Assembly (NCBI GenBank): GCA_903876445.1
Contig: CAIQZX010000011.1
Span: 1,543 to 65,542, forward strand
Source: an uncultured Pseudomonadota bacterium
GTDB taxonomy: Bacteria; Pseudomonadota; Gammaproteobacteria; Methylococcales; Methylomonadaceae
Length of the DNA stretch: 64,000 bases
Direction: 5' to 3'
Shown one piece after another: positions 45,209 to 53,407 of the stretch; position 1 is the first letter of the stretch; every line of letters starts with the position of its first letter. Below the pieces are notes generated by a model. The model saw only the letters and a list, made by a program, of their open reading frames with translations, was not told the DNA's origin and searched no databases. The position numbers and the translations under genes were made by a program.

Positions 45209-47684
45209 ACGACCACGTCGCAGATAACGCGCCTTCGCGTGGTAGTTGATAGCCGTTCACATCATCATGAACTGGTTGTAACCATTCAAAACTGAGTCGA
45301 TTTCCCTGCAAACTACCATTCGGCATTGAAGCGTTAATGCCAAAACCGACATCAACAAAACGTCCGCCATAATTTTGCCCGTAATCCATTGCGCCAATTT
45401 GATGGTAAACGCCCCGATACGCACCTTGTAACGAACCTTGCAGCGTATAAACACCTCGCACAGAAGCCGCCAACCAATTTGTCCAATTGTAACTTCCCCA
45501 ACCGGTTGCTTGAAAAATATCACCCAACACAAAACCTGCTTTGTTGTGCGATTCCAAACGTTTTGTGCCGTTCAATTGTGCGCCAAATGACCAATCATCA
45601 ACATTCACGGTGTACGTTAGCGCGGGTTTAAAATCCCACGTTCCACTACCTAATTGCATTCCATAATGAATAAAACCTAAATCAAATTTATGTGTATCAC
45701 GCAATTGAATTCCAGAATCGCCCGTTGGAGCCGTAACGCCTAAACTTATATTGAGTTGTTGATTGGATAATTTTAGTAAATTAAATAGCGCGTACATTCC
45801 CGTATCACCTATGCCACCGGTTGTATGTTCATGTGCAGAATGCACAATCGCCGCCCCTAACGCATCCGTCATCATATTTGGTGTTGGTGGCGCACCGTTT
45901 AATGCTCGCATCGTCATGTGCATATCCATAAATTGCGGCATTAACATTAACGTTAACCAGTCGGTTGGTGCGTACATCAAATCAAGCATGTGCATATTCA
46001 TGCTCATTTCATCAGGAGTAACGAAACATTTTCGAGGCTCACAACCGTTGTTAACGATAGTCGCATCACTTATAACGTTAGTTCGATTTTGGGTTGTTCC
46101 AGCTTGATTAGCGTACATATAACGATAACTAATCATCACATCGCCCGCATTTGGCAAAACGTGGTCAAACATAACACCTGCCGGCACGCTCGCTCTATGA
46201 TGAGCATGATGCGAATGTTCAGTATGATTTGAATTCGCCATCGATAAAGTAGCTAAATCGACTTTCAAAGCCGCATTAACTAAATAACCATCGAAATCTG
46301 CGTAATTGCCTTCGCCTCCGCTCCCTAATTTTAAAGCTCCGGCGTGCGTGTAATACTCCGCGCCCGCTTGAAGTTCTAAACCTTTAGCGAATTTTTTAGT
46401 GACCGTTAAACCACCACTTAACGCGCCATAACCCGATAAACGGTAATCACTCGAATAATTTTGCGGTAATAATTTTGAATCAAAAGTAGTTTTGTTTCCG
46501 GCTTGTTTTGTTAAAACATAAGGTGTGTAAAAATCAGCGGCATTCTGTGAATAATAACGCACGCGCGGGGTTATCGACCAACCATCACCGAGCGACTGAA
46601 TCCAATCGCTTGAAATGGTATGGGCTTGAATGCCCCAATCATCATGATAAAAACGATAATCTAAATGTAACGAGGCATCAAATCGGGCAACGTGTTGAAC
46701 GTAACGCAAATTTTCTGTCCATTGCTGACGCTCATCAGGACGCTGCTCTAAAAATGCGAACATTTTGGCATTTAATTCACCGTTTTTACCTATTTTTTGC
46801 ATCGGATCAACAAATAAAATAGCAGTAGTTTTATACGGATTCGCCATATAACCATTACTTACCGTGTAACTCACACTACCTTCAACAAGTGCTGCTTTGT
46901 TAAGAACTTGTGTTAATCCTAAACTTCCAGACCAGTCTTTTTTTTGACCTTTAACAAATTTATTTTTCAATTTCCCCAATGTTTTTAAATCTTTGATGTA
47001 GTCAAAAGCATCATGATCCAAAGTTGCATCGGTTTCACTCGCGGTATAACTTGCACCAAAATTCACGCTCGTTAATTTTTGGTTAAAGTCCAACCGTCCG
47101 CCGATATTCCCGAAACTGGAATTGTAATCATTTTCTGCTGACGTTCCCGCGCCAATATCTAAACTGGCTTCATCCCAATCGTAACCAAATCGCAAATCAC
47201 CTTGTTTGCGGGTTTCGGGTGAAGCGGTAGAAAGCGTATGAACAAGTTGATTATTTTTTGTGAATTTTGCGGTTTTTAAATCTTGTTGCAATGGATTAAA
47301 TTGGCTATCCACATAAACCGCATCATTTTGTAAATAGGGCGACGCGCCACTGAGAATATTTTTTTTAGCATCAATCACACGTTGACGATTTCCCGCAAAC
47401 GCTAATGGTGCAGTTGTGACGGGCGTTGCACCACTCCAGGTATCTTGCGTGTAATTGAACGCTAAACGCACACGGTCGGCGAGTTTAAGTTTGGTATTAG
47501 TTTGAATGCTATCGACTTGAATCGGTTTGAAACCACTTTGCGCGTTAAATAAATTTCGTGCGCCGTCTTCATAATGTCCATATTGAAAACTGGCTTCTTC
47601 TTCGCTTGCGTAAGTCGTTGTTAAAGGCAAGGCAAGAGCGGCAGCGATTAACAGAGCCAAGCTGTTTTTTTTAGTAACAGCCAC
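45198..47684 (-). CDS. Outer-membrane beta-barrel fusion: DUF3570-like N-terminal half plus His/Met-rich second barrel module
   Basis: Alternating aromatic/polar beta-strand texture runs throughout and the protein ends in ...WSYAF. The N-half identity is inferred from the DUF4266-DUF3570-ApbE-TlpA synteny. The C-half starts near MANSNHTEHSHHAHH (46197-46241) and resembles Phenol_MetA_deg-type barrels. The start is uncertain: GTG 47684 precedes a signal-like KKNSLALLIAAALALPL, and the ORF track extends to 47771 across the DUF4266 gene. Confidence 0.55.
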   Translation of the reverse strand: MAVTKKNSLALLIAAALALPLTTTYASEEEASFQYGHYEDGARNLFNAQSGFKPIQVDSIQTNTKLKLADRVRLAFNYTQDTWSGATPVTTAPLAFAGNRQRVIDAKKNILSGASPYLQNDAVYVDSQFNPLQQDLKTAKFTKNNQLVHTLSTASPETRKQGDLRFGYDWDEASLDIGAGTSAENDYNSSFGNIGGRLDFNQKLTSVNFGASYTASETDATLDHDAFDYIKDLKTLGKLKNKFVKGQKKDWSGSLGLTQVLNKAALVEGSVSYTVSNGYMANPYKTTAILFVDPMQKIGKNGELNAKMFAFLEQRPDERQQWTENLRYVQHVARFDASLHLDYRFYHDDWGIQAHTISSDWIQSLGDGWSITPRVRYYSQNAADFYTPYVLTKQAGNKTTFDSKLLPQNYSSDYRLSGYGALSGGLTVTKKFAKGLELQAGAEYYTHAGALKLGSGGEGNYADFDGYLVNAALKVDLATLSMANSNHTEHSHHAHHRASVPAGVMFDHVLPNAGDVMISYRYMYANQAGTTQNRTNVISDATIVNNGCEPRKCFVTPDEMSMNMHMLDLMYAPTDWLTLMLMPQFMDMHMTMRALNGAPPTPNMMTDALGAAIVHSAHEHTTGGIGDTGMYALFNLLKLSNQQLNISLGVTAPTGDSGIQLRDTHKFDLGFIHYGMQLGSGTWDFKPALTYTVNVDDWSFGAQLNGTKRLESHNKAGFVLGDIFQATGWGSYNWTNWLAASVRGVYTLQGSLQGAYRGVYHQIGAMDYGQNYGGRFVDVGFGINASMPNGSLQGNRLSFEWLQPVHDDVNGYQLPREGALSATWSYAF

Positions 47685-47877
47685 AACCGCCTCCACCACT
47701 TTGTCCTCCGCCAGAAGCGGCTTCACGACTTCCGTATTGATGCGAACGAAGACTACTTTGCAATGGCGCAACGTCTAAACGCATTTCAGATTTCGCTAAC
47801 GTGCCGCGCTCCCACGGTGAAACAGAACTACAACCCCATAAAAAAATAATCGGTAAAAGGTAAAAAAAACGGTACAT
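47671..47877 (-). CDS. DUF4266 small lipoprotein
   Basis: 68 aa. It has a lipobox (LWGCSS), WERGTLAKSEM and the characteristic C-terminal GGGQSGGGGCGCY. Confidence 0.7.
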   Translation of the reverse strand: MYRFFYLLPIIFLWGCSSVSPWERGTLAKSEMRLDVAPLQSSLRSHQYGSREAASGGGQSGGGGCGCY

Positions 47878-47880
47878 TGT

Positions 47881-48366
47881 TTATTTTTCAGCCAACAATT
47901 GAGCGATTTCCTGTTTCAATTCTTCCGTTTCCCCATCTCTAAAACCTTGATGAATGTGTCGAATAACACCGTGTTTGTCGATTAAATAGGAAGTGGGCAT
48001 AGCTTGCACATCGAAACTTTTTGCACATTGCTCACCACCATGATTGGCAATCGTAAATTTCGACGGATGATGACCTAAAAAGGCGAGCGCATCATCAACT
48101 TTTTCATCTAAATTCACGCCAACTATATGTAATCCTTGTTCGCCAAATTCATGTGTGAGTTGATTTAAAAATGGAAATGACTGCATACATGACGTACACC
48201 ATGATGCCCAAAAATCCACATACAAAACTTTTCCTGTATATTCGTGAATGTGTACAGGGGTATTGTTAAGTGATGTCAGCACGCAATCCGGTGAGTTTTC
48301 GTTAATTGTTGCCGCATACGAATTTGAAAAAAACAGCGTTGCTATTAAAAATAAAAATTGTTTCAT
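47881..48366 (-). CDS. TlpA-like periplasmic thiol:disulfide oxidoreductase
   Basis: It has a signal peptide, VLYVDFWASWCTSC (a CxxC motif) and the TlpA/ResA-like layout. Confidence 0.8.
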   Translation of the reverse strand: MKQFLFLIATLFFSNSYAATINENSPDCVLTSLNNTPVHIHEYTGKVLYVDFWASWCTSCMQSFPFLNQLTHEFGEQGLHIVGVNLDEKVDDALAFLGHHPSKFTIANHGGEQCAKSFDVQAMPTSYLIDKHGVIRHIHQGFRDGETEELKQEIAQLLAEK

Positions 48367-48375
48367 ACCGAAATG

Positions 48376-48756
48376 TTAATAACGTGTAATCGTTGTTTCA
48401 GTGTGATTGCCACCGCTTTCGCAATGGTATTCAATCGAATAACTGACAATCCCTACGCCGTTTTTATCAACGGTAATTCGATATTGCCCTTGACCTTGAT
48501 AAATTTCCACTCCACCACGGCTTGGCGTAATCGTTGTTGCAAAATTGCCTTTTGCTACTTGTGCGCTAATCAATGGCATCGCGTCAGAAGAACTGATTTT
48601 GAAGTACATTTTATCTGGAATCATGTCGCCATCGGCATCGCAAGAAACAGCTAAAAAGTCTGTCGCTGAAGCCTCGGCTGGTAAAACACCACTATAATCG
48701 TGAGCAAAACTGTTAAACGATAAACCCGCTAACATCAAAAAAATAAAACGTTTCAT
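48376..48756 (-). CDS. Secreted 126-aa protein, one copy of an unrecognised Cys-bracketed module
   Basis: The signal peptide ends in SFA, followed by His. The module runs DFLAVSC...YFKISS...ISAQVAKGNFATT...GQGQYRITVDKN...YSIEYHCESGG.HTETT. It lies 9 nt upstream of the TlpA-like gene. Confidence 0.5.
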   Translation of the reverse strand: MKRFIFLMLAGLSFNSFAHDYSGVLPAEASATDFLAVSCDADGDMIPDKMYFKISSSDAMPLISAQVAKGNFATTITPSRGGVEIYQGQGQYRITVDKNGVGIVSYSIEYHCESGGNHTETTITRY

Positions 48757-48773
48757 TTATATAATTCCTAGCG

Positions 48774-49658
48774 TTATTGATCTTGAATCGTTTGCAACGA
48801 TGATGTTTTCGTTTCAATGCCACTTGTATTTAAACAGCTATATTGAAAACGATAATTTCTAGCTGTGTTGATAGGGCTATTTACCATTATAGAATAATCG
48901 CCATTTCCGCCTTGCATTACTAACAGTTCGCCTGTGGTGTTAAGCGCGTTTTGTCCTTTTATAATTTGAGCAGTTAAATTTCCTGAAGGCGGTGTTTCAA
49001 TGACGGATGCCGCAGAAATTGACTTTGTAATTGCGGTTTTATTGGTAATTTTTAGTTTTAAACTGCTAGTATCACCTGTTGTTTTGCTTTTGCTGCATTT
49101 GATTGTGTATGTTTTAGTTTTTCCAGTAGTTAATGAACCTGATACAGTCGAAGAACCAGTGGTCACTTTACCAACGGAATTTAAACACTGGTATTGAACA
49201 GAATATGTTTGTGGATTTTTTAACGTCGAATCGGTGCCTATCGTATCAATCTTTAAACTATACGAACCATTTCCACCTTTTAAACTCAAATCTTTATTAC
49301 TGCTTGCCGCAATTTTTGAAACCGTCGAACTGAGTTTAGCTATTGTTAGCGTTACATTTAAGAACTGCGGCACTGTTTTCAAATCCGATAAAGGTTTTAA
49401 TTCTGGTGGTGTATCAATGACAGTCATAGCAGGAATAGTTGTAATGGGAGAAACCGCTACAACAGACGTTTCTGCTACGGCATTTTCGAGTAATTTAAAA
49501 TTCAAATGATCGGTTTCACCCGAACAAGTAACTTTAAAATAATCCGTTGCACCAACTACAGTAGTTAAATTTTGTGAGCCAGAATCTAAAGCAAATACGC
49601 TTTCAACGGAGCTTAGAACGATTAGCGATAACAACGTTTTTTGAGCTATTTTTTTCAT
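48774..49658 (-). CDS. Secreted 294-aa protein, two copies of the same Cys-bracketed module
   Basis: It has a signal peptide. Module 1 is DYFKVTC...GGNGSYSLKID...YSVQYQCLNSVGKVTTGSS. Module 2 is TYTIKC...LTAQIIKGQNALNTT...GGNGDYSIMVNS...YRFQYSCLNTSGIETKTSS. Confidence 0.5.
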   Translation of the reverse strand: MKKIAQKTLLSLIVLSSVESVFALDSGSQNLTTVVGATDYFKVTCSGETDHLNFKLLENAVAETSVVAVSPITTIPAMTVIDTPPELKPLSDLKTVPQFLNVTLTIAKLSSTVSKIAASSNKDLSLKGGNGSYSLKIDTIGTDSTLKNPQTYSVQYQCLNSVGKVTTGSSTVSGSLTTGKTKTYTIKCSKSKTTGDTSSLKLKITNKTAITKSISAASVIETPPSGNLTAQIIKGQNALNTTGELLVMQGGNGDYSIMVNSPINTARNYRFQYSCLNTSGIETKTSSLQTIQDQ

Positions 49659-49776
49659 GCAGAAAATCCAAGATAAATAACAGAACGATTAGTGCGTATT
49701 ATCGCGCATTTTTGATTGATTTGTATTTTGGAAATCGGCGCATTTCTGAAACACGCCGATTATTCACGGCGAAGAA

Positions 49777-50835
49777 TTATTTAATTGGTGTTGGCCAATA
49801 TAACGCATTTGCACCAGCTGGATATTTAGCCGATGAAATGGGTAAATAATTGTCAATATCTTCATTGCTTGGTTCGATATACACGGTGTCGTAATCTGTC
49901 TCAGCCGCGCACGAAATTTTATCTGATGTGCCACTTCCAGTGTCCCAACCTTTTTGAGTGCGGTCAATTACACCATTGTTAACATCTATTTTTTCAGCAT
50001 TGAAACCTTTTGTTCCTGGTAATGGATTTTTTACTAAATCACGATTCACGGTTAATGTTGACCAGTAGATAGGAGAAGAATTTTCACTTGGCATTACAAC
50101 ATTATCGTTAAATTTAACGGTTTTGTGACCGATCCATAAATCAACACGACTTGGACTGGTGTACGATTTCACACCTTTTTCACACCAGTTTGCAACGGCA
50201 ACACGAATTTTTAATGCTTTCGCACAGGATTCTGGTTTGAATTGAAAAGCGTTAATACCAAATGGCGATAAACCGGTTGTGCTAATGTCTGAACCGTCGG
50301 CTTTTTTTGCACTTTCTAACAAAGGCAAACTATTGAATGGTGATGTACCACTCCAACCTTGCCAACCACGCACATTACCTTTTCCATCGACGACTGGAAT
50401 TGTATTTGCGAATAACGTGCCACCTGATGTTACAACAGATAATGCCGCTTTTAGTGGTGTCGTATCAGCGGTTGAACCAACAATATCATTGGCAAGATTA
50501 GGAATAACTGTTTCTTCGCCTGTTGTAAATCCTTTCACTTCTGCCGTTGTGGCTGTTGCAGCGGCTGCCGGTTTTCCTTTGCTACCACGAATAATCACGT
50601 CAGCGAAATTAGGCGAATTCGGAAAAATGGCACTAATAGCAATAACATCTTTGTGCGGCTGTCCGTTGCCTTCACCACCAACATTTGAATTACAACCGTG
50701 ACCAATCGAAACCGCATTCCATGTTTTTACAGTTCCTTCTGTAATAGCATCTTTAAATCCCGCGTGCGCGTGTGCTACTTGTACTGTTCCAGCTAATAAA
50801 GCCAAAGATGTTAAAGTTTTAAATGTATTAGTCAT
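49777..50835 (-). CDS. Secreted 352-aa protein of unknown family; predicted mature N-terminus begins with His
   Basis: The signal peptide ...TVQVAHA is followed by HAGFKDAITEGTVKTWNAVSIGHGCNS. There are four further Cys residues and no TM helix. Any resemblance to YcnI/DUF1775-type proteins is tentative. Confidence 0.4.
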   Translation of the reverse strand: MTNTFKTLTSLALLAGTVQVAHAHAGFKDAITEGTVKTWNAVSIGHGCNSNVGGEGNGQPHKDVIAISAIFPNSPNFADVIIRGSKGKPAAAATATTAEVKGFTTGEETVIPNLANDIVGSTADTTPLKAALSVVTSGGTLFANTIPVVDGKGNVRGWQGWSGTSPFNSLPLLESAKKADGSDISTTGLSPFGINAFQFKPESCAKALKIRVAVANWCEKGVKSYTSPSRVDLWIGHKTVKFNDNVVMPSENSSPIYWSTLTVNRDLVKNPLPGTKGFNAEKIDVNNGVIDRTQKGWDTGSGTSDKISCAAETDYDTVYIEPSNEDIDNYLPISSAKYPAGANALYWPTPIK

Positions 50836-51086
50836 CTCTTAATCCTAAAATTTATTTTTGATTATTTTGCAAAGTTAAAACACGTTGAATTTTAACGTGC
50901 CACTATTCACTTTTAGCAGAATGCACGCCAGTCGTATTTTTTAATCTCAACACATTGTAATAATTCAACAAAATAAAATAAAAAATGATTTTCAGTCTTA
51001 TGGATAAAATGTAAAAAATGCGTGATATGACATAAAAAATAAAAAAGTGTGTGATATGCCACACCTAATAAATTTAAAAAAACTGT

Positions 51087-53000
51087 TCAACTTATTTTGA
51101 GAGGAATAGCGATAATGAAGCGTGTACCTTGATTAAGTTCAGATTCTACGGTCAATGTACCGTTGTGTTTTTCTATAATTTCGTAAGCAATCGACAAACC
51201 TAATCCGGTATTATCACGAGTTGTTTTGGTTGTAAAAAAAGGAGTAAAAACCTTTTCCTTAACGGCTTTCGACATTCCAGAACCTGTATCAGCAATTGTA
51301 ATAATTGCATTTCCATTAAGTTTTGCGGTCGTAATAATAATGGAGCCTGTTTTTGAAATAGCTTGAATCGCATTCGCCAAAATGTTCATAAACACTTGAT
51401 TTAACTCACCGGCATAACATTCTATTTTTTCATTTAATGCGAAATCTTTTTCAATCACAATTCTATTTTTGTATTGATGCTGTAACATTTGCAACGCTGA
51501 ATCAATACCATCTTCAAGCAATACACTTTTCACCTGACTTTGATTTAGATGTGAAAAATTCTGTAACGATAAAACGATATTTTGAAGACGGGCGGTGGCT
51601 TGACTTTGATTACCAATCCATTTTTCTGATTCATTAACAATATCGGCGTAATCGATTTTTTCCAAATGCTTATTAAATTTTTTTGTGTCTGCTTCGTTTA
51701 AATCGTTTTGTGCTGTCGCAACTGCCTCCTGAATAATAGCAATATGATCAAGAAGTAAAGATGTACTTTTGCAAATTGTTTCAAGAAACCTGTTAATTTC
51801 GGGTGTAATTTCGATCACTAATTGTCCAAGCGATACCATTTTTTCGGATTGCACCAACTGTGTTTGCATAGATTTAAGTTTTTGTAACGCTTCTTGTAAT
51901 TGTGTGTTGCGTTCTAAAATTTGATTTTCTAAATTCGCATTTATATTTTCAAGTTCTTGTTCAACAATTGCATTTCTATGGAAAAAATCATTAAGTTGAA
52001 ATGTCATGCGATTGAACGCATTACCTAAATCCGCGACTTCATCTCGCCCAGAAACTAGAAACTGAATCGATAAATCATGAGAATTTTCAATCCTGCGAAT
52101 CGTAGCTGTTAAGTTTTTAATTGGAGCGACTAAATGACGGCTAAATAAATTTATAACGAAAATCATTAAAGCACCGACCGCCAGCGCAACAACTAACAAA
52201 TTATTGATAAGCTCAAACAAGGATTCTTGCGCCAGTTTTTTTGGCATAAACGCCGCAATTTGAAAATTAAAATCATTTATCGTAACGGTTTTTGAAACCG
52301 CGCCTAAATAGTTTTCTTGATTGAAAAACCACGTTAATTGGGTTGTAAAATCTTCATTTAATTCAATTTCTTGAACGCCTTGTGATGTAAATAATTCAGC
52401 ATTATTTTCACTATTTTTACGCAACGCAAAATTATTTTCCGTCTTCGGTTCGAGTAATTTTGAAATATCATCCCACGGATGCGTAATTACTAAATATCCC
52501 GGCATTTTTAGTTGCGGCAGTTTTAATGCAGCAACCTGAGCAACAATACTTCCGTTGATAAAAGGAACATCGTGTTTAAAAATAAACTGCGAATCATTTT
52601 TCGTTTGCCATGATTCGGGTAATTTCGTTTTCAAAACGCCTTGCTGTGTCGATGAAATCAAAATTCCAGACGCATTAAATACATACAAATCGCCTTTTAA
52701 TTGGTAATGCTGTTTTAGGTTTTTAAGTTCTGAGTTGATTCGCTTATCTAAATCATTAACGGTAATATCCGACATGACCGAAAACGCTCGCGCAGAAAGT
52801 AAATTTAGGCGTTCAGAAAGCAAAATGTTGTTAATTTCTGAGGCTTTATAATCTGCGAGACCAATTAAGTTACGACGAATTTGTAGATTATTTTTTTCAT
52901 CAAATTGGTAAAAAACAACCGAACTTAATGTAGCCGTTAGCAATAAAACGATAAGACTAAAAAATAGTGTTAAACGAACAGAAAGCGAAAAACGTGACAT
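51087..53000 (-). CDS. Membrane sensor kinase-like protein (periplasmic domain-TM-HAMP-coiled coil-degenerate DHp-HATPase)
   Basis: It has two TM segments, a HAMP domain (VAPIKNLTATIRRI...LGNAFNRM), an N-box (NILANAIQA), G1 (DTGSGM) and F/G2 (FTPFFTTK...GLGLSI). In the H-box-equivalent LVQSEKMVSLGQLVIEITPEINRFL, Pro (51801-51803) sits where His is expected. Confidence 0.8.
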   Translation of the reverse strand: MSRFSLSVRLTLFFSLIVLLLTATLSSVVFYQFDEKNNLQIRRNLIGLADYKASEINNILLSERLNLLSARAFSVMSDITVNDLDKRINSELKNLKQHYQLKGDLYVFNASGILISSTQQGVLKTKLPESWQTKNDSQFIFKHDVPFINGSIVAQVAALKLPQLKMPGYLVITHPWDDISKLLEPKTENNFALRKNSENNAELFTSQGVQEIELNEDFTTQLTWFFNQENYLGAVSKTVTINDFNFQIAAFMPKKLAQESLFELINNLLVVALAVGALMIFVINLFSRHLVAPIKNLTATIRRIENSHDLSIQFLVSGRDEVADLGNAFNRMTFQLNDFFHRNAIVEQELENINANLENQILERNTQLQEALQKLKSMQTQLVQSEKMVSLGQLVIEITPEINRFLETICKSTSLLLDHIAIIQEAVATAQNDLNEADTKKFNKHLEKIDYADIVNESEKWIGNQSQATARLQNIVLSLQNFSHLNQSQVKSVLLEDGIDSALQMLQHQYKNRIVIEKDFALNEKIECYAGELNQVFMNILANAIQAISKTGSIIITTAKLNGNAIITIADTGSGMSKAVKEKVFTPFFTTKTTRDNTGLGLSIAYEIIEKHNGTLTVESELNQGTRFIIAIPLKIS

Positions 53001-53125
53001 AAGTTACCGTTATTAAATTGTTGTAAAACTTTTAAATTATCCGAAGAATGAACGAAGCAATTATAACTTATCGAGATTTTTACTCTTATAATTAAAACTC
53101 TTTTAGTTGAGAGTTAATTTTGAAA

Positions 53126-53407
53126 ATGTTTGAAATAATAAATCCTGAAATTTTAGGTTATGTCGCGGCAACATTGACAACTGCGTCTTTTTTGCCACAA
53201 GCGATTTTGACGATTCGTACTCGTGACACAGATGGATTATCGTTATCGATGTACAGCACATTTACGCTGGGCGTTTTTTGCTGGTTGTTTTACGGGATTT
53301 TTTTATCTAATAATGTCATCATTTTTGCAAATGCGATTACCTTATTTTTGGCAACCCTGATTTTGAGTTTTAAAATTTATAATTCATTTTTCAAGCGGAA
53401 AAAGTAA
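53126..53407 (+). CDS. SemiSWEET / PQ-loop small transporter
   Basis: It has three TM helices and the PQ motif (ASFLPQAILTIRTRDT.GLS). ATG 53126 is preferred over TTG 53120. Its stop overlaps the cca start (TAATG). Confidence 0.7.
   Translation: MFEIINPEILGYVAATLTTASFLPQAILTIRTRDTDGLSLSMYSTFTLGVFCWLFYGIFLSNNVIIFANAITLFLATLILSFKIYNSFFKRKK

Noticed and set aside
47685-47771. An N-terminal 29-codon extension of the DUF3570-like ORF (MRHCKVVFVRINTE...).
   Set aside because: It lies entirely within the DUF4266 gene in another frame. The signal-peptide-like segment begins only after GTG 47684.
50279-50701. A 140-aa plus-strand ORF, together with the ORFs at 49764-49967, 49000-49197 and 49234-49509.
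   Set aside because: All overlap the longer minus-strand secreted-protein ORFs, which have signal peptides and sensible starts. None has features of its own.
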